A stretch of 30,928 nt of DNA from IMG/VR virus record IMGVR_UViG_3300044667_000096, positions 1 through 30,928 of that record, one strand, 5' to 3'. The notes below the pieces were generated by a model. That model did not search any database, had not been told where the DNA came from, and saw only the letters and a list, made by a program, of their open reading frames with translations. The position numbers and the translations under genes are program-made. Below, piece after piece: positions 7,195-14,799 of the stretch. Within the stretch, counting starts at the first letter, position 1. Every line of letters starts with the position of its first letter. The stretch comes from a virus (lineage: Duplodnaviria > Caudoviricetes).

Positions 7195-7400
7195 CCGGGC
7201 CCCAGTCGTCCGAGCCGCCGAAGGCCACCGAGGTTCAGCACGCGGCCGCCGCGTACGGCGCGTTGATGAATGCCATCGTGCCGGAGTCGCAGTACAACCG
7301 GGGCGCGCGAGAGAACCCGGACAAGATCGCCTACTTGGGCAACATCATCGAGCGCGCCGCCGCCCGACGCCGCGAGCGGTCGCGCCAGGTGGACACCTAG
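7191..7400 (+). CDS. Small hypothetical protein, 69 aa
   Basis: GTGA overlap with the upstream stop; GGAG upstream; helical composition. Confidence 0.6.
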   Translation: MTGPQSSEPPKATEVQHAAAAYGALMNAIVPESQYNRGARENPDKIAYLGNIIERAAARRRERSRQVDT

Positions 7401-7633
7401 ACCGAGGGGCGCCGCCGGTCCGCCCTGCTCCAGGCGGCGCCCCTCACCAGCAGCCGCACTGCGTCCCCGCGCGGGGGGACGGTGCGGCCTTGGGCGGCGG
7501 CCTGCCTTGGCGGGTCGGGCCGGCGCCCATCCAGTCGCCACGCCCTCGGGACCGCGCGGGTTTCCGGGGGCGTGGCCTTTGATAACCCGGCTTGCCAGCA
7601 GGCGAGGGCAGCGAGGGGCGAGAGCGTGTCCAT
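7397..7633 (-). CDS. Possible small hypothetical protein, 78 aa
   Basis: TACCGT -10 lies 7 nt before the ATG and the stop overlaps the convergent gene's stop (CTAG), but it overlaps the tail of 7444-7902. Confidence 0.35.
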   Translation of the reverse strand: MDTLSPLAALACWQAGLSKATPPETRAVPRAWRLDGRRPDPPRQAAAQGRTVPPRGDAVRLLVRGAAWSRADRRRPSV

Positions 7634-7902
7634 GACCTCGACGGTAGGCATCGGCGCGACGACGGCGAGGTGAATCGGCTGCCTGTGGATAACCGGCGGT
7701 TGGGGTGTCCCTTCCCGACCGGGTGTGGCGGGTCGTACCAGACCGTCTCCACGCCCTCGTCCAGGCAGTGCCTGCACTGCACGGTGCGGTGGCCCTTCAG
7801 CCCGCTCCACGCGGCCGCGCACGTGCAGGGCGACCAGCCAACCAGGACCTTGCCGCGCTCCAGGGGGCGGTGACAGGTCGGGCAGTCGGGCTGGTCGGAC
7901 AT
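7444..7902 (-). CDS. Cys/His-rich putative zinc-binding protein; C-terminal half doubtful
   Basis: CPTC...VLVGWSPCTC...GHRTVQCRHC...YDPPH; GTGACC-17 nt-TATCGT-6 nt-ATG leaderless promoter. Confidence 0.6.
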   Translation of the reverse strand: MSDQPDCPTCHRPLERGKVLVGWSPCTCAAAWSGLKGHRTVQCRHCLDEGVETVWYDPPHPVGKGHPNRRLSTGSRFTSPSSRRCLPSRSWTRSRPSLPSPAGKPGYQRPRPRKPARSRGRGDWMGAGPTRQGRPPPKAAPSPRAGTQCGCW

Positions 7903-7967
7903 CCCGCCACGATAGAGGACGGATCGCCGCAGGTCACGGGGTGGGTGGCAGGATGCTGCCAACCCTC

Positions 7968-7996
7968 TTGCTTACAGACCTTAAGGTCTGTAAGGT
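7968..7996 (+). promoter_or_regulatory. Promoter with an embedded 24-bp perfect palindrome (autoregulatory operator)
   Basis: TTGCTT-17 nt-TAAGGT-7 nt-ATG 8004; CTTACAGACCTTAAGGTCTGTAAG at 7971-7994. Confidence 0.8.
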
Positions 7997-8003
7997 TCTA
8001 GGC

Positions 8004-8447
8004 ATGAGTGAGAACATCGGCATCCAAGAGGCCCGCGAACGATTCGCCGACCTGATCACCGCCGCCAAAGAGCGCGGCGAACCCACCATCATCACCCGCC
8101 ACGGCAAGCCCGCCGCAGTCCTGATCTCCCCCGCCGACTTCGCGCAGTCCTTCCAGTACATGAGCGAGGCGGCCCGGCGCATGGGCGAGTCCTTCCAGCA
8201 CATGAACGAGTCGATCCGGTACGCCAAGGGCACGCTCGCGCCCATCGTTGAGCACCTCAAGGAGCAGAACATGGACAAGCGCGGCCCCCTCGCCGTGGGA
8301 GACCGCGTCAGCATTCCGGCCGACTCGGTACCGGAGGACTGGTCGCGCGAAGGCGAGGTCGCCGAGATCGGCGACGAGACGATCATCGTTGAGCTGGACG
8401 GCGGCCACCGGCAGGAGGTCCCGGCCACGGACGTCACCACCGCCTGA
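8004..8447 (+). CDS. Phd/YefM-family antitoxin-like domain fused to a small SH3/KOW-like domain
   Basis: IGIQEARERFADLI...GEPTIITRHGKPAAVLIS is a Phd/YefM signature; C-terminal LAVGDRV...GEVAEI...IIVELDGG suggests a beta-barrel. Confidence 0.85.
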   Translation: MSENIGIQEARERFADLITAAKERGEPTIITRHGKPAAVLISPADFAQSFQYMSEAARRMGESFQHMNESIRYAKGTLAPIVEHLKEQNMDKRGPLAVGDRVSIPADSVPEDWSREGEVAEIGDETIIVELDGGHRQEVPATDVTTA

Positions 8448-8463
8448 CCCCCGGGCACGACGA

Positions 8464-8495
8464 AACGCCCCGCCTCCCGAAGGAGACGGGGCGTT
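8464..8495. terminator. Bidirectional terminator ending the late operon
   Basis: AACGCCCCG-C-CTCC-CGAA-GGAG-A-CGGGGCGTT stem-loop between convergent genes. Confidence 0.8.
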
Positions 8496-8533
8496 CGCAC
8501 GGCCAGCGGGTCTTCCCCTCCCGCCGACCGGGT

Positions 8534-8719
8534 CTAGCGGGGGTCGGACTGCCTGGCGTTCGGCACGACGTACGTGATGCCCAGCGCGCCGAGCACCGCC
8601 AGCGCGACGCCGACCCATTCGCCGGTCGTCACCGTGTCGTCGGCCAGCGCCGTGCCGAGCGCGGCACCACCGGCGGTGATGGCGGCGACGATGGACTTGG
8701 CGTAGGTTCCGAGCTTCAT
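8534..8719 (-). CDS. Holin
   Basis: 61 aa, two TM helices, YAKSIVA...EW...GITYVVPN actinophage holin pattern; AAGGAGG RBS; next to the endolysin. Confidence 0.85.
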   Translation of the reverse strand: MKLGTYAKSIVAAITAGGAALGTALADDTVTTGEWVGVALAVLGALGITYVVPNARQSDPR

Positions 8720-8739
8720 TGCGACCTCCTTGGGGTCAC

Positions 8740-8798
8740 GAACTTGCAGGTCGGTGTAGATTCCGGCGCGAAGAACTTGCAGCGCTGTGTAGATTCCG
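8740..8798. repeat. Two direct repeats with a 33-bp period
   Basis: GAACTTGCAG-N4-GTGTAGATTCCG at 8740-8765 and 8773-8798. Confidence 0.85.
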
Positions 8799-8820
8799 CC
8801 GACGTCGGATGATGGTGCGG

Positions 8821-9606
8821 TCAGACCTTCAGCAGGTCGTACCGGCTCTGGTTGCGGGCGACGGCGATGTGGAGCTGCGACAGGGCGTACTCGTCGACCT
8901 GGTCGCCGTAGCCCTTGCCCGCGTCGGAGCCGACGCTCTTGCGGACCAGGCGCAGCGCCTCGGCGGTCGCCGGTCCGTAGTCACCGTCGATGCCGCTGGA
9001 GCCGAGCGCCTTGCCCTGCCCGGCCGCCTGGATCATGAGCTGCAGCAGCTTGACCCGCTCGCCGGTGTCGCCCTTCGTCAGACCGAGCATGTCGTCTTCC
9101 TCCTCGCTGGTCGGCCCGCCCAGCGCGCCGAGATAGTTGGGCCGTCCGTAGCCGTAGATGCGGTCGGAGCCGCGCGACACCGTCTTGCGATACACGCCGT
9201 CACCGGCGTAGTAGCGGCCCTCTAGAGACCCGCTGGTGTTGCCGCCGATGGTGACGATGCTTGCCGAGTGGACCGCGACGACCAGCTCGACATGGGTCGA
9301 ACCGCGTGGGCCGTAGAAGACCCAGTCACCCACGTGCGGCGAGGACGACCACCGGTCGCGGGTCTTGAACCAGCCGACCGCCACCTCGCACCCGGCCGTG
9401 CGCGGGTAGTCGCGGTTCGCCTCGCCGCCCGCCCGGTCGGCGACCCAGCTCTGAAAGCTGGCGCACCACGGATAGCCGTGGCCGCCGTGCGGGTAGCCGG
9501 GGATCGTCCCGAACCAGTCGTTGTACTTGACCTTGTTCGTGCCGGTCTCGCGGGTGCCGACCTCTCGGGTGGCAGCCTCGATCGCGGCGGCGACGGTGTA
9601 GGTCAT
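8821..9606 (-). CDS. Endolysin: CHAP domain plus peptidoglycan-binding domain
   Basis: YPWCASFQSW (Cys), THVELV (His), IGGNTS; C-terminal LTKGDTGERVKLLQ...IDGDYGPAT. Confidence 0.9.
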   Translation of the reverse strand: MTYTVAAAIEAATREVGTRETGTNKVKYNDWFGTIPGYPHGGHGYPWCASFQSWVADRAGGEANRDYPRTAGCEVAVGWFKTRDRWSSSPHVGDWVFYGPRGSTHVELVVAVHSASIVTIGGNTSGSLEGRYYAGDGVYRKTVSRGSDRIYGYGRPNYLGALGGPTSEEEDDMLGLTKGDTGERVKLLQLMIQAAGQGKALGSSGIDGDYGPATAEALRLVRKSVGSDAGKGYGDQVDEYALSQLHIAVARNQSRYDLLKV

Positions 9607-10130
9607 CACCCCTCCTCATCCCTTACGCATGTCGCCGCGTCCTGCGGCCCGCTCGCCGTGACGACCGTGACGGTCTCCACGTGGTAGCCGTCCGGGCACT
9701 GCGGCCCGGCGGGTCCCGGCTCGCCGCGCGGCCCCGGCTCGCCCTTCGGTCCGGGCGGCCCCTGCGCGCCCGGCTGCCCATCCGCACCGGGTGCACCTGA
9801 CGCGCCCGCGACGCCGGACGGTCCCGGAGCGCCGCGCTCACCCTGCGCTCCTGGGCGGCCGGACGGACCCTGCACACCAGACCGGCCCGGCGCGCCGCTA
9901 GCACCCGGCACGCCCGGAGATCCGGACGGTCCGGCCTCGCCCGGAGGGCCCGGCTTCGGGGACTTCAGCGGCACACCGCCGAGCCGCTCAACCTGCTCGG
10001 TGAGCACCGCGTTGTCGTGGCGAAGGTCCACGATCGCCAGCGCCCCCCACAGCACACCGAGCACCAGGCCAATCACGCCGACGACGATCGCCACATCGAG
10101 GCCGCGCGCCTTCGCCTGCCGCCGGGTCAC
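9606..10130 (-). CDS. Membrane-anchored collagen-like protein of the lysis cassette
   Basis: N-terminal TM helix, long Gly-X-Y run, C-terminal CPDGY...C. Confidence 0.85.
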   Translation of the reverse strand: MTRRQAKARGLDVAIVVGVIGLVLGVLWGALAIVDLRHDNAVLTEQVERLGGVPLKSPKPGPPGEAGPSGSPGVPGASGAPGRSGVQGPSGRPGAQGERGAPGPSGVAGASGAPGADGQPGAQGPPGPKGEPGPRGEPGPAGPQCPDGYHVETVTVVTASGPQDAATCVRDEEG

Positions 10131-10444
10131 GGCTTACCGCCGATCGCCGCGAGTATGACCGCCGCCAGCACCGTTGCGATCACCGACGCCACCGCCGCGA
10201 GCACCGCGACACGGACCTGCGCGCGGGAGGTCTTGGCGTTCTCCTCCAGGGCGATGATCCGCTGGAGCATCGCGGACTCCTTGGCCTCGAAGACCTCCTT
10301 GAGGACGAACTGCCGGAGCTTGTCGGCCAGGTCCGTAGAGTCGCGGGCGACCTGTGTCTTGAGGTCGAGGTAGTCGTCACGGACGTCGGCGTGGTTGCGC
10401 TCGATGAGGTTCTTGAGCTCGCGCAGCGACGGCTCATCGGCCAT
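10127..10444 (-). CDS. Coiled-coil protein with C-terminal TM helix (lysis-cassette membrane protein)
   Basis: Charged helical N-terminus then [23 protein letters not shown]; GTGA coupling to the next gene. Confidence 0.8.
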   Translation of the reverse strand: MADEPSLRELKNLIERNHADVRDDYLDLKTQVARDSTDLADKLRQFVLKEVFEAKESAMLQRIIALEENAKTSRAQVRVAVLAAVASVIATVLAAVILAAIGGKP

Positions 10445-10488
10445 CGTCACCCCCGTCCATCAGCGCTCGTCGATCATCGGTGCGGCAA

Positions 10489-11247
10489 CTACGGCGCCAG
10501 AAGGTAGTTCGGGGTCCCGTCCTCCGGGCCGTCGAACGACACCGAGTGGTAGCCGCACGCGAAACACCCGGCGGCGGGCTGCCAGGACCGGTAGCACCAC
10601 CCGGCGCGGCGGGCCATCTGCCGGATCATCGCGGCGGAGCTGGACGGCAGACCGTACTGCCCGGCCCCGGCGGCGCTGGCCTGCTCAGGCTTGACGAGCC
10701 ACCGCCGGTCGGGCGGCGCCCACGTCCGCAGCGCCGAGCCGAGCGCGGCGTGATCACTGTGGTTGTCGCCCCACCACATCGTGTAGTGGCCCACGCTGGA
10801 CCAGCCGAGCGCGGCGAAATGCGCCGCCCACGACTGCATGACCTGCGTCGCCCACGTCGTGGAAATGGTGGTCGGCAGGTCCATCGTCGTCGCCGCAGGA
10901 GCGTCCGCGCGGCCCAGGTGGACGCGGGACGCGGGCACGCCGAGCTGCGCACACGCCGCGACCAGCTCACGGGTCCGGGCGTCAGCGAAGTCGGCCGCGG
11001 TCAGCGGCGCATACCCCTCGCGCGGCGGGTAGTGGTAGCCGCCCCACCAGTAACTGTCGTCGTCCCCGTTGATCAAGCCGCGCGCACCCGAGGTGGAGCC
11101 GTTGGAGACCAGCACCACGTGGACCTCGCGGTTCGCGAGAGCGTGACGGGCGATCACCTGCCCCATGAAAAGCGTCTCGTCGTCCTGGTGCGGGGTATAG
11201 AAGACGACCGGTGCGCCGGTCGGAGTCGCGGGTACGGGGTCGGTCAT
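10489..11247 (-). CDS. PIG-L/LmbE-family Zn-dependent deacetylase
   Basis: PHQDDE, VSNG, RTRELVAACAQLG and HSDH motifs; GGAG RBS; ATGA overlap with the upstream tail gene. Confidence 0.88.
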   Translation of the reverse strand: MTDPVPATPTGAPVVFYTPHQDDETLFMGQVIARHALANREVHVVLVSNGSTSGARGLINGDDDSYWWGGYHYPPREGYAPLTAADFADARTRELVAACAQLGVPASRVHLGRADAPAATTMDLPTTISTTWATQVMQSWAAHFAALGWSSVGHYTMWWGDNHSDHAALGSALRTWAPPDRRWLVKPEQASAAGAGQYGLPSSSAAMIRQMARRAGWCYRSWQPAAGCFACGYHSVSFDGPEDGTPNYLLAP

Positions 11248-12578
11248 CGTCGCTCCAGGTTCTTGAGCCGCTTGTCGATCGCCGACGGCCAACGCCTGAA
11301 GTCGGGGCGCGGGCCGCCGAGGGTGAGCGTGATGTTCTCGCCGCCGTCGCCGTCCAGGGCGATCTCCACCTCGTGCACGCGCAGCGCTGCGTCCACTGCG
11401 AGCCGCCCCGACCGCACGACCAGCCGGACCGTGTCGCCGAGCCAGATGTGATCCGGGCCGTCCCACGAGCCGCGCGTCAGCCGGACCGTGTACACGGGTG
11501 TGACGACCTGGCTCTGTGCGAGTTGCCATGCGGCGCGGTCGTCCAGACCGTCCTGCGTGAGGCCGTCGTCACCGAACGCCGCATCCCAGCGGCCCTGCGG
11601 GAAGACGTCCGGCTGCGCCAGGTCGGTGGCCTCCGACTCGTCCGGGGTCGTCGCCGGGTCGCTCGCGCCCGTGTACCGCAGTGCGTTGGCGTAGTCGGAC
11701 GGGTTGACCTCGCGTTGCACCTGCGCGGCGAGACCGCCGTGGATGAGCACCACGCCCCGGTCGGAGCCGCGCTCCGGGGACCAGACGTCCAGGCGGAGCG
11801 CACTCGCCGAGGTCGGCGTGATGTCCCAGTCGTAGCCGTCGATGACCTCAGACAACTCCTGGATGCGCTCGCCTATGGAGTCGCCCGCCTCGTACGTGCG
11901 GTCGCGGGGCTGCCCTGTCGGCGACGTGCCGACCCAGCCCTTGGAGATGCCGAGGTTCCCGCCTGCTTTGCCCTGCGTGTAGTTGATCATCGACCAGGCG
12001 ATCTCCGCCTGATCGACGGCCGTGTAGGTCAAGGTGGCGTCCGAGTACAGGCGGCGCCGGGCGAGCACGGCACGATAGTCCAGGCAGGTGACCTCGACGC
12101 GGTGCTCGGTCTCGCCGACGTCGTCTCTGGTCTGGCCGACCCGGCACCTGTCCAGGATCGTCGTGCCGGTGGAGTCGCTGAACAGCAGGTGGATGTCGGT
12201 GGACAGCTCCTCGATCGCGGCGGACTGTTCGTGACGGCCGTCGATCGAGAAGGACAACTCCGAGTTGTCGTTGAGCCTCGCCGTGTACCGCCGCGCGCTC
12301 GCCTCCGTCAGCGCCAGCTCGTGCCCGCCGCTGGCCGGGCCGATGACAAGCTGCCAGCGGGTGCGTGGTCTCGGCGGCAGGCCGATGCTGGTGTTCTTGG
12401 TGCCGACAAGGGTGACGGTGGCCTCGCCGGTGACGGTGAGGTCGCCATGCCGGTGGGCGGTGCCGGTGAGGGTGACGTCCGCGTTGCCGGTGACGAGAAG
12501 GTCGCCGTGCGGCGATCCGGCGGCCCGTGTTCGGGTGATGACCGGGCGGTTCGGCTGGCGGCGTCCGAGGCGGGCCAC
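11244..12578 (-). CDS. Minor tail protein (ReqiPepy6 Gp37-like hub, tentative) with a short N-terminal repeat extension
   Basis: ARLNDNSELSFSI, VLARRRL, IQELSEVIDGYDW and IWLGDTVRL motifs; ends RLKNLERR, as such proteins often do. Confidence 0.75.
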   Translation of the reverse strand: MARLGRRQPNRPVITRTRAAGSPHGDLLVTGNADVTLTGTAHRHGDLTVTGEATVTLVGTKNTSIGLPPRPRTRWQLVIGPASGGHELALTEASARRYTARLNDNSELSFSIDGRHEQSAAIEELSTDIHLLFSDSTGTTILDRCRVGQTRDDVGETEHRVEVTCLDYRAVLARRRLYSDATLTYTAVDQAEIAWSMINYTQGKAGGNLGISKGWVGTSPTGQPRDRTYEAGDSIGERIQELSEVIDGYDWDITPTSASALRLDVWSPERGSDRGVVLIHGGLAAQVQREVNPSDYANALRYTGASDPATTPDESEATDLAQPDVFPQGRWDAAFGDDGLTQDGLDDRAAWQLAQSQVVTPVYTVRLTRGSWDGPDHIWLGDTVRLVVRSGRLAVDAALRVHEVEIALDGDGGENITLTLGGPRPDFRRWPSAIDKRLKNLERR

Positions 12579-12589
12579 TGCTCACCCCC

Positions 12590-13288
12590 TCACCATGTGG
12601 CCGCGCGCCGTACGGCGGACGTCGAGACGAGCACGCCGGAGCGGCGCCGCGTGACCGGGCCGGGGAAGCCGATGCTGTTGACGTTGAGTCCGTCCATCCA
12701 GCCCGTCCACGTCGAGGCGTTGAAGGAGCCGAATTCCAGGCGATCGCAGTTGGCGCCGATCCCCGCTGCGTTGGCGACGCTCAGGCTCTCTGTCGGCGTA
12801 GTCGAGTCGGGGCTGTTGAAGGTTCGCAGTTCCACCGTGGCGTTCGTCGCGACGAACTGGATGTGCCACTCCAGTCGTATCCACTGGCCGGTGGGGATCG
12901 CCCCGGCCGTGGAGAACTCCGGCGAGTTGCCCGAGTCGGAGATCGTCAGCAGGCCGGTCGACTCGTACCGCAGCCGCGCGGCCTGCGACCCGCCGGACAT
13001 GAATCGGGCAATGCCGGTGACGGAAGACGGGTGGCCGTCCGACCACAGGTAGATGCGCCCCCACGTCTCGGCCTGCGTCCCGTGGCTCGCCGACGTCCAC
13101 GCCATCTGTTGGGCACTGCCGCCCGCGACCACCTTGTAGGCGAGGTTGCCGAGGGAGTGGGTGTTGTCGTAGGTAATCGTCGGGGTGCCGACCGTGGCAT
13201 CCCAGGCGTTGCCGGACGCGGCGCCGGAGTTGGCCGCCGAGACGGTGACGCCGTTCGCGCCGCCCTCGGCGTTGTTATTCAGCTCCAC
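12590..13288 (-). CDS. Minor tail protein with a concanavalin/LamG-like beta-sandwich
   Basis: S/T/G/W-rich; IPTGQWIRLEW and WMDGL motifs; lies in the tail module (GTG 13294 is an alternative start). Confidence 0.7.
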   Translation of the reverse strand: MELNNNAEGGANGVTVSAANSGAASGNAWDATVGTPTITYDNTHSLGNLAYKVVAGGSAQQMAWTSASHGTQAETWGRIYLWSDGHPSSVTGIARFMSGGSQAARLRYESTGLLTISDSGNSPEFSTAGAIPTGQWIRLEWHIQFVATNATVELRTFNSPDSTTPTESLSVANAAGIGANCDRLEFGSFNASTWTGWMDGLNVNSIGFPGPVTRRRSGVLVSTSAVRRAATW

Positions 13289-13317
13289 CCGCACCCCCGA
13301 TCAGCGACACTGGACGG

Positions 13318-13647
13318 ATGGACCTGGTGGAGTTCCTGCGGGCACGGATCGACGAGGTGGCGCAGCGCGCCGAACGGGCCGCCGATCGATGGGACGACGA
13401 AGACGTCCGCTACGAGTGGGAAGACCTGCCCGACGATGTCTTCGCGCACGCCCGCACTCAGAGCCCTGTGCGGGTGCTGGCCGAGGTCGAGGCCAAGCGG
13501 CTCTTCTTGGCCGACCATGACGGCGTGCACCGGTGCGACTGGGGCGAGCACCGAGGCGCTGACCATCTGGGGTGGTGCACGACCCTGAAGCGCCTCGCCT
13601 TGCCGTACGCCGACCACCCGGACTTTGACGAGGACTGGAAGCCCTAG
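13318..13647 (+). CDS. DUF6221-family protein, antisense to the late operon
   Basis: DLVEFLRARIDE...PVRVLAEVEAKR...LKRLALPYADHPDFDEDWKP is the characteristic pattern; GACACT -10 lies 6 nt before the ATG. Confidence 0.85.
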   Translation: MDLVEFLRARIDEVAQRAERAADRWDDEDVRYEWEDLPDDVFAHARTQSPVRVLAEVEAKRLFLADHDGVHRCDWGEHRGADHLGWCTTLKRLALPYADHPDFDEDWKP

Positions 13648-14111
13648 CAGCGCTCCCAGACCAGGCCCGCGCGGACGTTGACGGCGGCGGGTGCCGTGCA
13701 CCGCAGCGCGAACCCCTCGGACACCGCCGAGTCCGGGGTGTCGCCGAGCGGCCAGTCGTATAGCACCAGCCCACCTGCCGGGGTGAGCAGCCACTCCTCC
13801 AGCGCGGTCAGCACAGTCGGCTCGGCGGTGTAGTTCCTCGCCGCAGTCGCACCGACGGTGACGGACCGGCCGTAGACCTGCTTGATCGACGAGGACGCGT
13901 CGGTCGAGGTGCCCGCCGTGGCGTACGTGGCGTAGCACAGCTCGACCAGCACCGGCACCGCCGAGCCCGACGTCCCGTCAAAGCTCACGCGGAGCTTCTT
14001 CAGGTCGATCCCGGACGACGAGGGCGCCTTCACTGCGAGGACCGTCTTGGCGGTCGCCGCCGACAGAGCGACCGCGCCGCCCGTCACGATGGAGTAACCA
14101 GCCTTGGCCAT
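13644..14111 (-). CDS. Putative virion (tail-associated) protein, 155 aa
   Basis: Starts MAKAGYSI with TGATG coupling; beta-rich A/T/S/V composition. Confidence 0.75.
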   Translation of the reverse strand: MAKAGYSIVTGGAVALSAATAKTVLAVKAPSSSGIDLKKLRVSFDGTSGSAVPVLVELCYATYATAGTSTDASSSIKQVYGRSVTVGATAARNYTAEPTVLTALEEWLLTPAGGLVLYDWPLGDTPDSAVSEGFALRCTAPAAVNVRAGLVWERC

Positions 14112-14422
14112 CAGTCGTTGATCCTCACGCCCGCTAGGTCGTCCCAGACTGCGTTGACCTGGAACTGGATGTTGTCGTCGGTGGACTGCGCCGTGATGCC
14201 TGCGTTGGCGACCGTGCCCCACACGAACGCCTCCAGCCACATCCCCGACGCGGCGGCGCGCAGCACCTCGTAGGCGAGCCCCTGTCGCTTGCCCCAGTGC
14301 TCGTCGGAGTAGGCGTTCTGCGCCTCGCCCATCACCTGCGTCGCGGCGGTGGCCAGTGCGACCCGCACCCGGTCTCGGAAGGTCTGGTCGGCGGCCAAGG
14401 TCGCCTGGTCGGTGTACGTCAC
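14111..14422 (-). CDS. Hypothetical tail-module protein, 103 aa
   Basis: GGAGGA RBS before GTG 14422; TDDNIQFQVNAVWDDLAG C-terminus. Confidence 0.75.
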   Translation of the reverse strand: MTYTDQATLAADQTFRDRVRVALATAATQVMGEAQNAYSDEHWGKRQGLAYEVLRAAASGMWLEAFVWGTVANAGITAQSTDDNIQFQVNAVWDDLAGVRIND

Positions 14423-14430
14423 TCGTCCTC

Positions 14431-14787
14431 CTAGACGGTCGCGGTGACGGAGTCGGCCGTGTACGTGCCGGGGCTGCTGAACGTCTGCGGGTTCGGCAGC
14501 AGCTTGCCGAACCTGTACGTCCCGCCCGAACCGGCATTCCACAGGCCAAAGTGCGTGATGACGGTCGAACCGGGGACCTGAAAGACAGGTGGCTCGACCA
14601 CGGTCTTCTGACCGTCCGACGCGGGGTTCCAGGTGATCGCCTGCCTGGCGTAGCTGCCGCCCGTCACCTCGCTCGCGCCGGAGGTCCCCGGGTCGGCGGT
14701 GTGCAGGCTTACGTGTGTCGCCGCCTTCGGGCCGTCCTCGTCGATGAGGTCGAGCATGGCGTTCTTGACGTCGTCAACCCAGCCCAT
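14431..14787 (-). CDS. Small tail-fibre-associated protein
   Basis: VSLHTADPG...EVTGGSYARQAITW...ITHFGLW pattern, common in siphovirus minor tail proteins; GGGAG RBS. Confidence 0.8.
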   Translation of the reverse strand: MGWVDDVKNAMLDLIDEDGPKAATHVSLHTADPGTSGASEVTGGSYARQAITWNPASDGQKTVVEPPVFQVPGSTVITHFGLWNAGSGGTYRFGKLLPNPQTFSSPGTYTADSVTATV

Positions 14788-14799
14788 CGCGTGCGCTCC

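Noticed and set aside
7684-7692. Perfect DnaA box (TGTGGATAA)
   Set aside because: Single copy with no cluster or AT-rich unwinding region; not enough to call an origin.
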